Positions 18,678 through 27,800 of a stretch of DNA of 64,000 bases are shown piece after piece. Every line of letters begins with the position of its first letter. Position 1 is the stretch's first letter. Made by a program: the position numbers and the translations under genes. The notes under the pieces were generated by a model. The model made no database searches and was not told where the DNA came from. It worked only from the letters and a program-made list of their open reading frames with translations. Source of the stretch: Armatimonadota bacterium (GTDB lineage: Bacteria; Armatimonadota; SYMT01); assembly GCA_041690135.1 (NCBI GenBank), contig JAWLHY010000010.1, forward strand, positions 128,001 to 192,000, read 5' to 3'.

Positions 18678-18852
18678 TCCAGGGAGTGAGACAGACGGTT
18701 GGCGCCTCGCGAAATGGGGAACTAACCCCAGCGGTAGCCCACCGACATGCGGTTCAGGAGTAGACCTTCCGAGCCCCAATGGAGCCAGGGAAGGGGCATT
18801 CGGGATTGATGCCCCATGCAATGACCGGTGGGCTTCGGCAGGAACGGGGGAT

Positions 18853-19959
18853 ATGCAGCTGAAGACCGGAGTTCTCACCTTCCATCGTTGTTTCAACTAC
18901 GGCAGTTACTGGCAGGCGCGGTGCCTGGTCGAAGCGTTCCGGGAGCGGGGTCATAACGCGGTGCTGCTGGATCACCAGTCCCCCCGGGTGGAGCGTGCCG
19001 AGCGCAAGTGCGGCTTCGAGCCCGTCTTGCCGACTCCCGTTCCGCGAGAGGATCACTTCCTGTACGGGCGCAAGATCGCAAAGTTCCAGCGCGCGTTCGC
19101 CGCACTACCGCGATCATCGCGGTTCCCGCTGGATCAGCCGGAAAAGTTGCCCAGGTTCGACCTGGTGGTCGTGGGCAGCGACGAAGTGTGGAACCTCCGG
19201 CACCCGTGGTACGCCCGGTTTCCCCTCTTCTTCGGCGAGGGGCTGCCGGCTAACCGCCTGGTCTCCTATGCGGGGAGCTTCGGGAACTATCATGCCGCCG
19301 AGGGTCTGGACCGCGAGTGGTCGGAGCGGCTGCGGTCCTTCGAACGGCTGTCGGTGCGCGATGAAAACTCCCGGGTCCACCTCCGCTGCGCACTCGGGGT
19401 CGAGCCGGAGTTGGTCCTCGATCCGTGCCTGCAATTTCCCGTCCGGCCGGAGGGACGCTGGCGGGGTCCGCGCGAATCGTTTGCCCTGGTTTACGGACAC
19501 AACTTCCCGGAGACCTTCGCCGGGCAGGCGCGCCGGTGGGCGGCCGAGAGGGGCCTGCCCCTGGTCAGCATCGGTTACCGCAACGACTGGGCCGACCGCC
19601 AGTGGATCACCGCCGGACCCCATGATTTCGCGCAGGCGATGGAGCGCGCCGCGGCCGTGATCACCAACTTCTTCCACGGCTGTGTCTTCGCCCTGCGGAA
19701 CGCCAAGCCGTTCATCTGCGGGCTCACTCCGTATCGTTCGATCAAGGTGGAGAACCTACTGGCAACGGTCGGAGGCGAAGAGCATCTGGCCACTGAAGCC
19801 ACCGGATACCCGGAGTATGCGGACCGTCTCAACTCCCCAGTGGATCCTTCCATCCTCCGCCGCATGGATGCGCTCCAGCGGTCGTCGGAACGGTTTCTCG
19901 AAGAGATCGCCGGAAAGGAGGCTAGCTTGCAGGCTCGAATGGAAGGGGCCGCGGCATGA
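18853..19959 (+). CDS. Polysaccharide pyruvyl transferase family protein
   Basis: GVLTFHRCFNYGSYWQ, VVGSDEVWN, LSVRD, VLDPC and TNFFHG motifs. Start moved to ATG 18853. Confidence 0.88.
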   Translation: MQLKTGVLTFHRCFNYGSYWQARCLVEAFRERGHNAVLLDHQSPRVERAERKCGFEPVLPTPVPREDHFLYGRKIAKFQRAFAALPRSSRFPLDQPEKLPRFDLVVVGSDEVWNLRHPWYARFPLFFGEGLPANRLVSYAGSFGNYHAAEGLDREWSERLRSFERLSVRDENSRVHLRCALGVEPELVLDPCLQFPVRPEGRWRGPRESFALVYGHNFPETFAGQARRWAAERGLPLVSIGYRNDWADRQWITAGPHDFAQAMERAAAVITNFFHGCVFALRNAKPFICGLTPYRSIKVENLLATVGGEEHLATEATGYPEYADRLNSPVDPSILRRMDALQRSSERFLEEIAGKEASLQARMEGAAA

Positions 19960-21362
19960 CCGAAGCGGCGCGCGCAAAGGGGCCCGAAGCCATCAGTCCC
20001 GCCCAGGTCGTGCACTCCGGTCTGTGTATCGGATGCGGAAGTTGCGTGTCGCAGGCGCAGTCCCCGGATGCACTGATCGTGCTGGATGATTACGGGCAAC
20101 TTCGGCCCAGTGGACCCCCGGATTGGTTCCGCTCGAGGTCGGAGGTACTGGCGCGGACTTGCCCGTTCTCACCCACCGCACACAATGAAGACCGGCTGGC
20201 CGCGGAGTTGTTTCCCGAGGTCGAGCAGTATCCGGACATCGGCCGGATGCGGGGCGCTTACGTGGGCTATGTCGAAGAGGTGGGCTTCCGCGACCGCGGC
20301 AGCTCCGGGGGCATGGTGAGCTGGGTCCTTTCCGAACTCCTGCGCGCCGGCAAGGTGGATGGAGTTGCCCACGTGGTGCCGGTGGATGATCCACAGCAGG
20401 ATGGACGCTTCTTTCGCTACCGGATCTCGCGCACGCCGGAGGAGGTGTTTGCCGGGGCCAAGTCCCGCTATTACCCGGTAGATCTCTCCGGAGTGCTGCA
20501 GACCATCCGGGCCCATCCGGGTCGCTATGCCGTGGTGGGGGTGCCCTGCTTCATCAAGGCGCTGCACTTGCTCCGGCAGGAAGATCCAGTGGTGCGCGAG
20601 CGGGTAGTGTACACCCTCGGACTGTTCTGCGGGCACATGAAGAGCGCACGCTTTGTGGAGAGCTTCGCCTGGCAGATGGGGGTGGACCCGCGGGAGGTGC
20701 GGAAGGTGGAGTACCGCCTGAAGGACCCCAACCGCCCCGCCAGTACGTACACCACCGAGTTGACGCTGCGGGACGGGACGGTGGTGAAACGCGACTGGTG
20801 GAACCTGGCCGACGGAGACTGGGGCGCGGGCTTTTTCCAGTATTCCGCCTGCAACTTCTGCGATGATGTAATCGCGGAGACCGCGGACATCTCCTTCGGC
20901 GATGCGTGGGTAGAGCCCTACTCCTCGGACGGAAGAGGCACCAACGTGGTAGTGACCCGGTCCGCGGAGATGGAGACGCTGATTGCCGGAGGGATCGACC
21001 AGGGCCGCCTTAGTCTGCAACCGGTGGACAGTGAATTTGTGGTAGCGACCCAGGCCGCGGGGTTCCGGCAGCGGCGTGAGGGCCTCTCCTACCGGTTGTC
21101 CTGGCCCCGGCTGGGGCTTCGTCCCCAGAAGCGCGTGGCACCCGACACCCGGCATCTCAGCCGGCGCCGTAAACTCATCTACCGGATGCGGCACCTGATC
21201 AGTGCGTGGAGCCATCGCATGTCCTGGCTCGCGCAAAGAACGGGGCGACCGGAAATCTATGTCCGATGGGCGCGGACTTCCCTGGCGCTCTACCACGGGC
21301 TGGCCTACTCACGTGGACGCATCGGCGAGATTCTCTCACGAGTTCGAGGGTTGCAAGAGTAA
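19956..21362 (+). CDS. Coenzyme F420 hydrogenase/dehydrogenase beta-subunit-like (FrhB/FdhB) Fe-S protein
   Basis: CIGCGSC N-terminal Fe-S motif, GSSGG, AKSRY, VGVPC, GLFCG, CNFCDD, DISFGDAW. Confidence 0.88.
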   Translation: MTEAARAKGPEAISPAQVVHSGLCIGCGSCVSQAQSPDALIVLDDYGQLRPSGPPDWFRSRSEVLARTCPFSPTAHNEDRLAAELFPEVEQYPDIGRMRGAYVGYVEEVGFRDRGSSGGMVSWVLSELLRAGKVDGVAHVVPVDDPQQDGRFFRYRISRTPEEVFAGAKSRYYPVDLSGVLQTIRAHPGRYAVVGVPCFIKALHLLRQEDPVVRERVVYTLGLFCGHMKSARFVESFAWQMGVDPREVRKVEYRLKDPNRPASTYTTELTLRDGTVVKRDWWNLADGDWGAGFFQYSACNFCDDVIAETADISFGDAWVEPYSSDGRGTNVVVTRSAEMETLIAGGIDQGRLSLQPVDSEFVVATQAAGFRQRREGLSYRLSWPRLGLRPQKRVAPDTRHLSRRRKLIYRMRHLISAWSHRMSWLAQRTGRPEIYVRWARTSLALYHGLAYSRGRIGEILSRVRGLQE

Positions 21363-21382
21363 CTCCGTCCGACGAGTGAAGT

Positions 21383-22252
21383 ATGAGCCTCGACGCGTCC
21401 TCCACCGTTCTAACGTCCGAAGAGATCGACCACTTCTTGCGGTTCGGCTATGTCGTCCTGCACGATTGCTTCCCCCGCGCCCTCGCCGAAGAGTGGACCG
21501 CCGCGGCCATGGAACGCCTGGGATACGACGCCATGGACCCCGCTACCTGGAAGCTATCGCGAGTCCATCTCCCCAGCGTGCGGACGATGGGTTTCCGCAC
21601 CTTCGCCCCGCGCGCATGGCAGGCCGCCTGCGAACTGGTGGGCGGCGAGGAACGGGTGCGGCAGCCCTGCACCGTGAGCGACGGGTTCATCATCAATTTC
21701 CGGATCGGAGGCGGCCGTAAGTGGAAACCGCCCGCGCCGGACGCGGCGGCCTGGCACCTGGACGGCGACTACTTCCGGCATTTCCTGGACAGTCCGGAAC
21801 AAGGCCTGCTCACCCTGATGCTCTGGTCGGATATTGGCCCGCAAATGGGCGGCACCTTCCTGGCCCGCGACTCCGTGGCGGTAGTCGCCCGCTACCTGGC
21901 AGAGCACCCTGAGGGTGTGCGACCGGCACGCCTCGAGACCCGCCGTTTGATGCAGGAATGCCGCGACTTTGTGGAGGTCACCGGCCGGGTGGGCGACGTG
22001 CTGCTGATGCACCCGCTGATGCTTCACGCCGCGTCGCCGAACCCGTCGGGCAAGCCGCGGTTCCTGACGAACCCGCCACTCGCGCTCAAGAAGCCGCTAC
22101 AGTTTCGGCGTGTACGAACTAGCTACTCTCCGGTGGAGCAGGCGGTGCTGCTAGGATTGGGGGCTTCCGAGTACGCGTTTGCTCCTACGGCGCCACGGCA
22201 GCGGATCACCCCGGCGCGAGTGCGGAACCAGCGCAAAATGGGAGTGGGATAA
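21383..22252 (+). CDS. Phytanoyl-CoA dioxygenase (PhyH) family protein
   Basis: LTSEEIDHFLRFGYVVL, WHLD (HxD), GGTFL, GDVLLMHPLMLHAA. Confidence 0.82.
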   Translation: MSLDASSTVLTSEEIDHFLRFGYVVLHDCFPRALAEEWTAAAMERLGYDAMDPATWKLSRVHLPSVRTMGFRTFAPRAWQAACELVGGEERVRQPCTVSDGFIINFRIGGGRKWKPPAPDAAAWHLDGDYFRHFLDSPEQGLLTLMLWSDIGPQMGGTFLARDSVAVVARYLAEHPEGVRPARLETRRLMQECRDFVEVTGRVGDVLLMHPLMLHAASPNPSGKPRFLTNPPLALKKPLQFRRVRTSYSPVEQAVLLGLGASEYAFAPTAPRQRITPARVRNQRKMGVG

Positions 22253-22325
22253 GGAAGTCAAGATAAGGACAAGGAGGGTTGATAAGGAGGGTGGATAAGG
22301 ATCAGGTTGAGGATGAGGAAAATGG
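22241..22325 (+). repeat. Purine-rich GATAAGGA repeat tract
   Basis: GATAAGGA at 22248, 22262, 22281 and 22294, plus GACAAGGA and GATGAGGA variants. Almost no C on the + strand. Confidence 0.7.
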
Positions 22326-22418
22326 TACCGAGATGGGAGCAGAGTGATGTGGGCGCGATAAAGCAAGGCCCCACATCACCCTTTCGCAAACACAGCTTCC
22401 ATGGGAGACTTGGGCAGA

Positions 22419-22865
22419 TCAGTGGGAGTTGACAAGATGCCGGTCACCTCTTTTCTCCAACTCCTCGACAGGTATCGGTTGGGCCTGACAATAGCGCCGG
22501 ATGAGGTCCAGGATGCGGGGCCAGTGCGCGGGCTTGGTGACCGCCGTGATCGACCCGGGATAGACGCGCGTGTCGAGCCGGTCCGCAACTCCCGAGATGA
22601 CGCAAACCGGAATCGAGGCGTCGAGCGCCTGCTGCCGGGAAAGGAATTCCCAGCCCGTCATCACCGGCATCATCAGGTCCAGCAGGATCACGTCCGGCCG
22701 GCAACCAGCTTCCAGCACGTCCAAGGCCTCACGGCCGTTGGTTGCCTGCCAAACGCAGTAACCTTCTTCCTCCAGGAGCTCCGATACTGACTCTCGGATG
22801 TCCGGATCGTCCTCCACCAGCAGGAGGGTGCCGGCAGATCGAGAGCGGTGGCCGTCGTTGAACAT
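22419..22865 (-). CDS. Single-domain response regulator (REC)
   Basis: LLVEDD, ILLDLMMPVMTG, TKP. RBS GAGGAGG. Confidence 0.88.
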   Translation of the reverse strand: MFNDGHRSRSAGTLLLVEDDPDIRESVSELLEEEGYCVWQATNGREALDVLEAGCRPDVILLDLMMPVMTGWEFLSRQQALDASIPVCVISGVADRLDTRVYPGSITAVTKPAHWPRILDLIRRYCQAQPIPVEELEKRGDRHLVNSH

Positions 22866-23325
22866 GGTCCCTCCTCATTTAGCCTTCGCCTCGTTCTACC
22901 GGGAGAAGCCCCCTTCCAAAACCCCGGTACCCGACACTTCTCACGGATCTTCGGGCGCTACCCGGCCGTAGCCTCCGCTCTCCACGGAGCGCCAGGACTG
23001 TGAGTGCCAACCCGATTGGACTCCGTGCCGCGATCGATGCACCCACAACGCGATAGAATCACCCGTGCTCAAGCCCGCACTAGGGGGCAGGTGGGATTAC
23101 CTGTGAACTTCTGGAGACACTGGCGGATGCGCACCGCCACGAGCCGCCTCGGAATGAAATTCCGCGGCAACTACGGAGTAAACCCCTCCCATCCCCCATT
23201 CGTGGGTACCCGGCCATGAGGCGGTGTTAGCACCGCACAAGACCGGATCAAATTGTCCACTGTTGCTTTCAGCGCCCCCTACCTTGCCCCGGATAGCGTA
23301 TCCGTACCCCTTGGAGCGGTCCCCC

Positions 23326-24606
23326 ATGTTCAAGAGATCCACTTCCTCCCCTACCAGCCCAGCCAGGATCCCGAGGCGGCGTTTTGTGGCTTTAGCCGCC
23401 GGCCTGGTGGTAGCGGCCGGCCTTTCCGGATCCGCCGTTCCGGCACAGGCACCGCCGCCGGTGCTGATCAACACAAACTTTCCCGGCGCCTCGCTGGGGA
23501 AGGTGGAGAAGCTGGGTGAGACGGAGTTCCGCTGCCATGTACCCGGCCAGTACGACGAGCGCGGGCGCAACCGGCAGACAACCTGGTACTACTTCCGCAT
23601 GGACCGCGTCCGTGGACGGGAGCTTACGATCACCCTGACCGATCTCGTGGGCGAGTACAACGACAGGCCGGGCGCAGTACCCATGAACGCGGACACAGTG
23701 CCGGTGTGGAGCGCGGACGGTCGCCGGTGGACGCATTTCGCGGGGTACGCGTGGAACGACCAGACGAAAGAAGCGACCCTGCGGATTCGGCCGGAGTCCG
23801 ACACGCTCTGGATCGCGCATCAGCCGCCCTATACGCCGGAGGATCTGCATCGCCTCCTGGCGGACGTGGACCGCTCCCCTTCGGCCCGCGTCGAAGTCAT
23901 CGGGAAGACGGTCCAAGGGCGGGACCTGCACCTGGTGACGGTCACGGACTTCGCGGTTCCGGACTCCGGAAAGAAAACGGTGTGGCTCCAGGCCCGGCAG
24001 CACGCCTGGGAGTCGGGCACCTCGCACGTGCTGGACAGCGCCCTGCGGTTCATCACTTCCGAAGAGCCGGACGCGCGGGAACTGCGGCGGAAACTGGTGT
24101 TCAAGTTCCAGCCGATGGGCGACCCTGATGGGGCCGCCAACGGGAAGGTGCGCTTCAATGCCAACGGCTACGACGTGAACCGCCACTGGGAGGAGGTCGA
24201 CCTCCGCGACAAGACTCTTCTTCAGCGGATGCCGGAGATCTGGTACGTGAAAAAGGCCGTACTCGCCCAGTCCGCCGTGGCGCCGATCGACTTGCTGGTG
24301 AACATGCACAACACCGAGACCGCCGAGTACATCGACACCCTGGCGGACAGCGGACCCGCTCGGGAGGTGGTGGAGCGGTTCTACCGGGGGCTGGTCGAAC
24401 GCACCCGCTTCGACCCCAGCCGGCCCCCTACCTATGCCGCCGGGAAGGGCTCCACAAACTCCCTTTACCTGGAGACGAAGTCCCCGGTCGTGCTGATGGA
24501 ACTGCGGATCGGCACGAGCAAAAAGCTGGGGCGCCGCCCCACGGTGGAAGATCGCGTCCGTTTCGGGCCGGAACTGCTGAGGGAAATGGCGAAAGCAGTG
24601 TTGTAA
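23326..24606 (+). CDS. M14-family zinc carboxypeptidase (CCP-like), Tat-type leader
   Basis: NFPGASLG N-domain, WYYF, ARQHAWE (HxxE), DVNRHW, NMH, RRRFVALAAG leader. Confidence 0.82.
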   Translation: MFKRSTSSPTSPARIPRRRFVALAAGLVVAAGLSGSAVPAQAPPPVLINTNFPGASLGKVEKLGETEFRCHVPGQYDERGRNRQTTWYYFRMDRVRGRELTITLTDLVGEYNDRPGAVPMNADTVPVWSADGRRWTHFAGYAWNDQTKEATLRIRPESDTLWIAHQPPYTPEDLHRLLADVDRSPSARVEVIGKTVQGRDLHLVTVTDFAVPDSGKKTVWLQARQHAWESGTSHVLDSALRFITSEEPDARELRRKLVFKFQPMGDPDGAANGKVRFNANGYDVNRHWEEVDLRDKTLLQRMPEIWYVKKAVLAQSAVAPIDLLVNMHNTETAEYIDTLADSGPAREVVERFYRGLVERTRFDPSRPPTYAAGKGSTNSLYLETKSPVVLMELRIGTSKKLGRRPTVEDRVRFGPELLREMAKAVL

Positions 24607-24607
24607 A

Positions 24608-25069
24608 TCAAATTGGTTGGATATGCTCGTAGAGATCGGTGATCAATTCCGTTTCGGGGACGCAAGTGCAGTCGTTGACGTAGATCTCGAATGACGGGCC
24701 GCCACCGGGAATGCGGCCGGAACGCAGGATCTCCTGGATGAGCTCCCCCCACGCGGCCGGAAGCCCCGAATAGGAGCCCGGGTGCCGCGCACAGGCATAG
24801 GTGCCGCCCGGGATCTCGAAAACGGTGACGGCGGGATCATCGATCACGGCATCGGCCGGGAGGGTGGTGCAGGCGTCGGAGCGGAGCTGGTCCGGCGCGA
24901 CTTCCTGGGGGTTGTCCCAGTACACGCCCACCATGGCGCCTTGGGGCAAGCCGGAGGTCTCCAGCCACTTCCCTAGCCTTCCGAACGCCTCTCCGATCTC
25001 CCAGTACGGGCCGATGTGGCGGACGCCCACCACCCGCAGTGGGGAAATCTCGCGGAACTCGACTTTCAC
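24608..25069 (-). CDS. GyrI-like small-molecule-binding domain protein
   Basis: RHIGPY, YWDNP..LRSDAC, IPGGTYA..HPGSY, FEIYVND..ELITDLY. Confidence 0.88.
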   Translation of the reverse strand: MKVEFREISPLRVVGVRHIGPYWEIGEAFGRLGKWLETSGLPQGAMVGVYWDNPQEVAPDQLRSDACTTLPADAVIDDPAVTVFEIPGGTYACARHPGSYSGLPAAWGELIQEILRSGRIPGGGPSFEIYVNDCTCVPETELITDLYEHIQPI

Positions 25070-25099
25070 GGCGTTCTCTCCTCCGTCGTCAGTTAGCTT

Positions 25100-25525
25100 T
25101 CAGGATTCGTCTTCAGCCGCCTCTTCCTGGAGTTCGAACATCGCCCGGATCTCCTGGGGGACGGAACGCGGCCGGCCGCTGGTGAGATCGACGTAAACCC
25201 AGTCCGTTTCTCCCCGCGCCAGGAGCGTGTCGTCACCCGTCCGGACGAATTCGTAGCGGCGTAGCGAGAAGGCTCGCCGCACATCCGAGACCCAGGTCCG
25301 TACTTCGATCCGGTCGCCGGCAAAGGCAGGCTTGAAGTACTCGATCTGGTGGCGGCGGGCCATCCAGGCCGCACCGGCGGCCTCGGTAGCAGCGGTGCAA
25401 CCGACGGCATCCGAATGCGCCGTTGCCGCATCCTGCATCCAGCGCACGTACTCCACGTTGTTGACGTGCCCCAGGCGATCGATGGAAGCTTCGGAGACTT
25501 CGATCCGATGGATGTGCTGAGCCAT
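25100..25525 (-). CDS. Acyl-CoA thioesterase (4HBT/YbgC hot-dog fold)
   Basis: IDRLGHVNNVEYVRW motif. Confidence 0.9.
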   Translation of the reverse strand: MAQHIHRIEVSEASIDRLGHVNNVEYVRWMQDAATAHSDAVGCTAATEAAGAAWMARRHQIEYFKPAFAGDRIEVRTWVSDVRRAFSLRRYEFVRTGDDTLLARGETDWVYVDLTSGRPRSVPQEIRAMFELQEEAAEDES

Positions 25526-25651
25526 GGGTTCCCCTCGCTGACCGGTGAGTGCGACCGGCCCTTCACTGCGATCGAGACGGCCGGGACCGAACCCCTCCAG
25601 AAAGGTTTACCATCGAAACAACCGGCGGGTGCAACCTTTTGCCGCTAGAGG

Positions 25652-26185
25652 CTATTCGAACGTCACTCCGTAGCCTTCCAGCAGCGGGACGATCTCCTGG
25701 GTGTTGGATTCCCACAGATCTCCGGGATTGATGGGCTCGACTTTCCCATTGAGGTGGCGAACGTACCAGAGTTTCCCGCGCCGGCGACCGCCGGTAACAC
25801 CGTGCGCGATGCGGACCGACTCGACGTCCCCGTAATCGAATCCCTTGGTCATGGGTGCGAACCAGAACCCGGTCCGCTGCTCGATGCGTTTCGGCGTCAC
25901 GACTACGCGGTCGAGTGCCATGTTGGGAAGCACGATCCCCAGAGCGAAGAAGGCAATGAGGACGGAAGGGATCATCACCCGGGCGCCCCAGGAGTAACAC
26001 CTGGCCAGGGCCGCGACGGCCGCCGAACAGACGGCAACCATGAACACGAGGAACAGAACCATGGGCGGGAACCGGAACACCATTTCCGATGCCGCTCCCT
26101 GCGCGCACGCGGCGCCGGCGAGGGATAGTCCGAACAGGGCGAGGAAGGGTGCGTTGATCCGGAATGGGGAGAAAACACGCCGCAC
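25652..26185 (-). CDS. Hypothetical membrane protein
   Basis: Two to three hydrophobic segments plus a soluble C-terminal region. Same strand as its neighbours. Confidence 0.55.
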   Translation of the reverse strand: MRRVFSPFRINAPFLALFGLSLAGAACAQGAASEMVFRFPPMVLFLVFMVAVCSAAVAALARCYSWGARVMIPSVLIAFFALGIVLPNMALDRVVVTPKRIEQRTGFWFAPMTKGFDYGDVESVRIAHGVTGGRRRGKLWYVRHLNGKVEPINPGDLWESNTQEIVPLLEGYGVTFE

Positions 26186-26464
26186 GAGATAAGCCTTTCA
26201 CCATGGTCGCCGCGCGGGGTTGCCTTACCTCCGGCGACGCGTACTTATAGCCAAGGAGTACAACGCCCGCCGGCTTGTAGAGCTGCCGGCCGACCTGGTC
26301 ACACCGGCTGAGGTATCGGCAGAAACGGGGGCTCACTCAAGATGAGTCGTAGGGCGGTCGTCGGGGAGTGTCATCCGTGAAGTTGTAAGGCCGTAGGAGG
26401 GGGCGGTACGAACGGGGAACAGTTGTATGCTGGTGCAACGACGCACCGGGAAAGGAAGCCCTCG

Positions 26465-27793
26465 ATGGAGAGGTCCGAGGCGGAACTGGAGCGTGAAACA
26501 CTCAGCCGAGTCACGCGGCGGTTGATCCCGTTCATCTTCCTGCTCTATGTGTTCAACATCCTGGACCGGATGAACGTCAGCATCGCGGTGTTGACGATGA
26601 AGGCGGATCTGGGTTTCTCGGACGGCGTTTACGGGTTCGGGGCGGGCATCTTCTTCATCGGCTACTTCTTTTTCCAGGTGCCGAGCAATGCCATCCTGCA
26701 CCGGGTAGGGGCGCGACGCTGGCTTTCACGGATCGTGATGGTTTGGGGCATCACCGCGAGCTGCATGCTCTTCGTCAACAGCCCGTGGAGCTTCTACACC
26801 ATCCGCTTCCTTCTCGGGGTAGCCCAGGCCGGGTTCTTTCCCGGCATAATGCTTTACCTCACCTACTGGTTTCCGAACTCCATGCGCGGACGTACGGCCG
26901 CACGGTTCGTTCTGGCCGGCGTGCTGGCGAACATCATCGGCGGACCGCTCGGGGCTCAGCTCCTGAAGCTTGATGGGCTGGGCGGTTTGCACGGCTGGCA
27001 ATGGCTTTTCCTGCTGGAGGGCATTCCCGCGATCCTGTTGGGGTGCGTGGCGCTCAAGTACCTGACCGACCGCCCCCAGGACGCCCATTGGCTGAAGCCG
27101 GACCAGCGGGAGTGGCTGGTCCGCCGCATGACCGCCGAGCATGAGCACCAGGCGCGCTTCCACCAAGTGACCTTCTTGCAGGCCCTCGCTTACCCGCGGG
27201 TCCGGCACCTCGCCACGATCTTCTTTCTGAACGTGATGGCGGGTTCTGGAGTGGGCCTCTTTTCCAACCTCATCCTGCGACAGCGCAGCGGCTGGCCCGA
27301 CCAGACCGTGCTGTGGGTCAGCGCGCTCCCGCATATCGTCGGGGCAGTGACGGTCCTGACGGCAGCTACCTACTCCGATCGCACCAATGAACGACGGCTG
27401 TTCGTGGTTACCGGATTGTCCATTTCTTGCCTGGGGGTGATCCTTTGCGCTACCGCCACCACAGGCCCCCTCACCGTGTTGGGGCTCTGCACCATGGCGT
27501 TGGGAGGGCAGATCGCCAACGCGCCCTTCTGGGCGCTGAGCACGGGATTTCTCACCGGGAACGCCGCGGCGGGCGGGATTGCCTTCATCAATTCCATCGG
27601 CAACTCGGGCTCGTTCTTCGGACCGGCATTGACGGGGTTCCTGAAGGACCGCCTGGGGGCCTATGAACCGGCCCTGCTCGTGCTCGCGGGGATCGTTGCT
27701 TCCGCAGCATTCGCGGCCTATCTCCTGCCCCCCGACCCGGCACAGAAGGCCGGACCAAGCGTGGAGGTCAAACCCTCCGCTGCCTCGGTGTGA
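26465..27793 (+). CDS. MFS transporter (anion:cation symporter, TtuB-like)
   Basis: RRLIPF..LDRMNVS, GIFFIGY..QVPSN, GFFPG, GWQWLFLLEGIP, INSIGNSG. Confidence 0.9.
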   Translation: MERSEAELERETLSRVTRRLIPFIFLLYVFNILDRMNVSIAVLTMKADLGFSDGVYGFGAGIFFIGYFFFQVPSNAILHRVGARRWLSRIVMVWGITASCMLFVNSPWSFYTIRFLLGVAQAGFFPGIMLYLTYWFPNSMRGRTAARFVLAGVLANIIGGPLGAQLLKLDGLGGLHGWQWLFLLEGIPAILLGCVALKYLTDRPQDAHWLKPDQREWLVRRMTAEHEHQARFHQVTFLQALAYPRVRHLATIFFLNVMAGSGVGLFSNLILRQRSGWPDQTVLWVSALPHIVGAVTVLTAATYSDRTNERRLFVVTGLSISCLGVILCATATTGPLTVLGLCTMALGGQIANAPFWALSTGFLTGNAAAGGIAFINSIGNSGSFFGPALTGFLKDRLGAYEPALLVLAGIVASAAFAAYLLPPDPAQKAGPSVEVKPSAASV

Positions 27794-27800
27794 GCCTACG

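Noticed and set aside
18457-18852. N-terminal extensions in the ORF track (also at 15878, 23224, 40140, 50779, 51767, 57031, 62361 and 63647)
   Set aside because: They overlap neighbouring genes or leaders and lack homology. Downstream starts with an RBS or a family-typical N-terminus were chosen.
19956-21362. A true F420-reducing hydrogenase
   Set aside because: There are no large or small hydrogenase subunits or maturation genes. The pairing with a pyruvyl transferase points to the glycan-associated subfamily.
22241-22325. Possible CRISPR array
   Set aside because: The repeat unit is only 8 nt with 5-11 nt gaps, and there are no cas genes.
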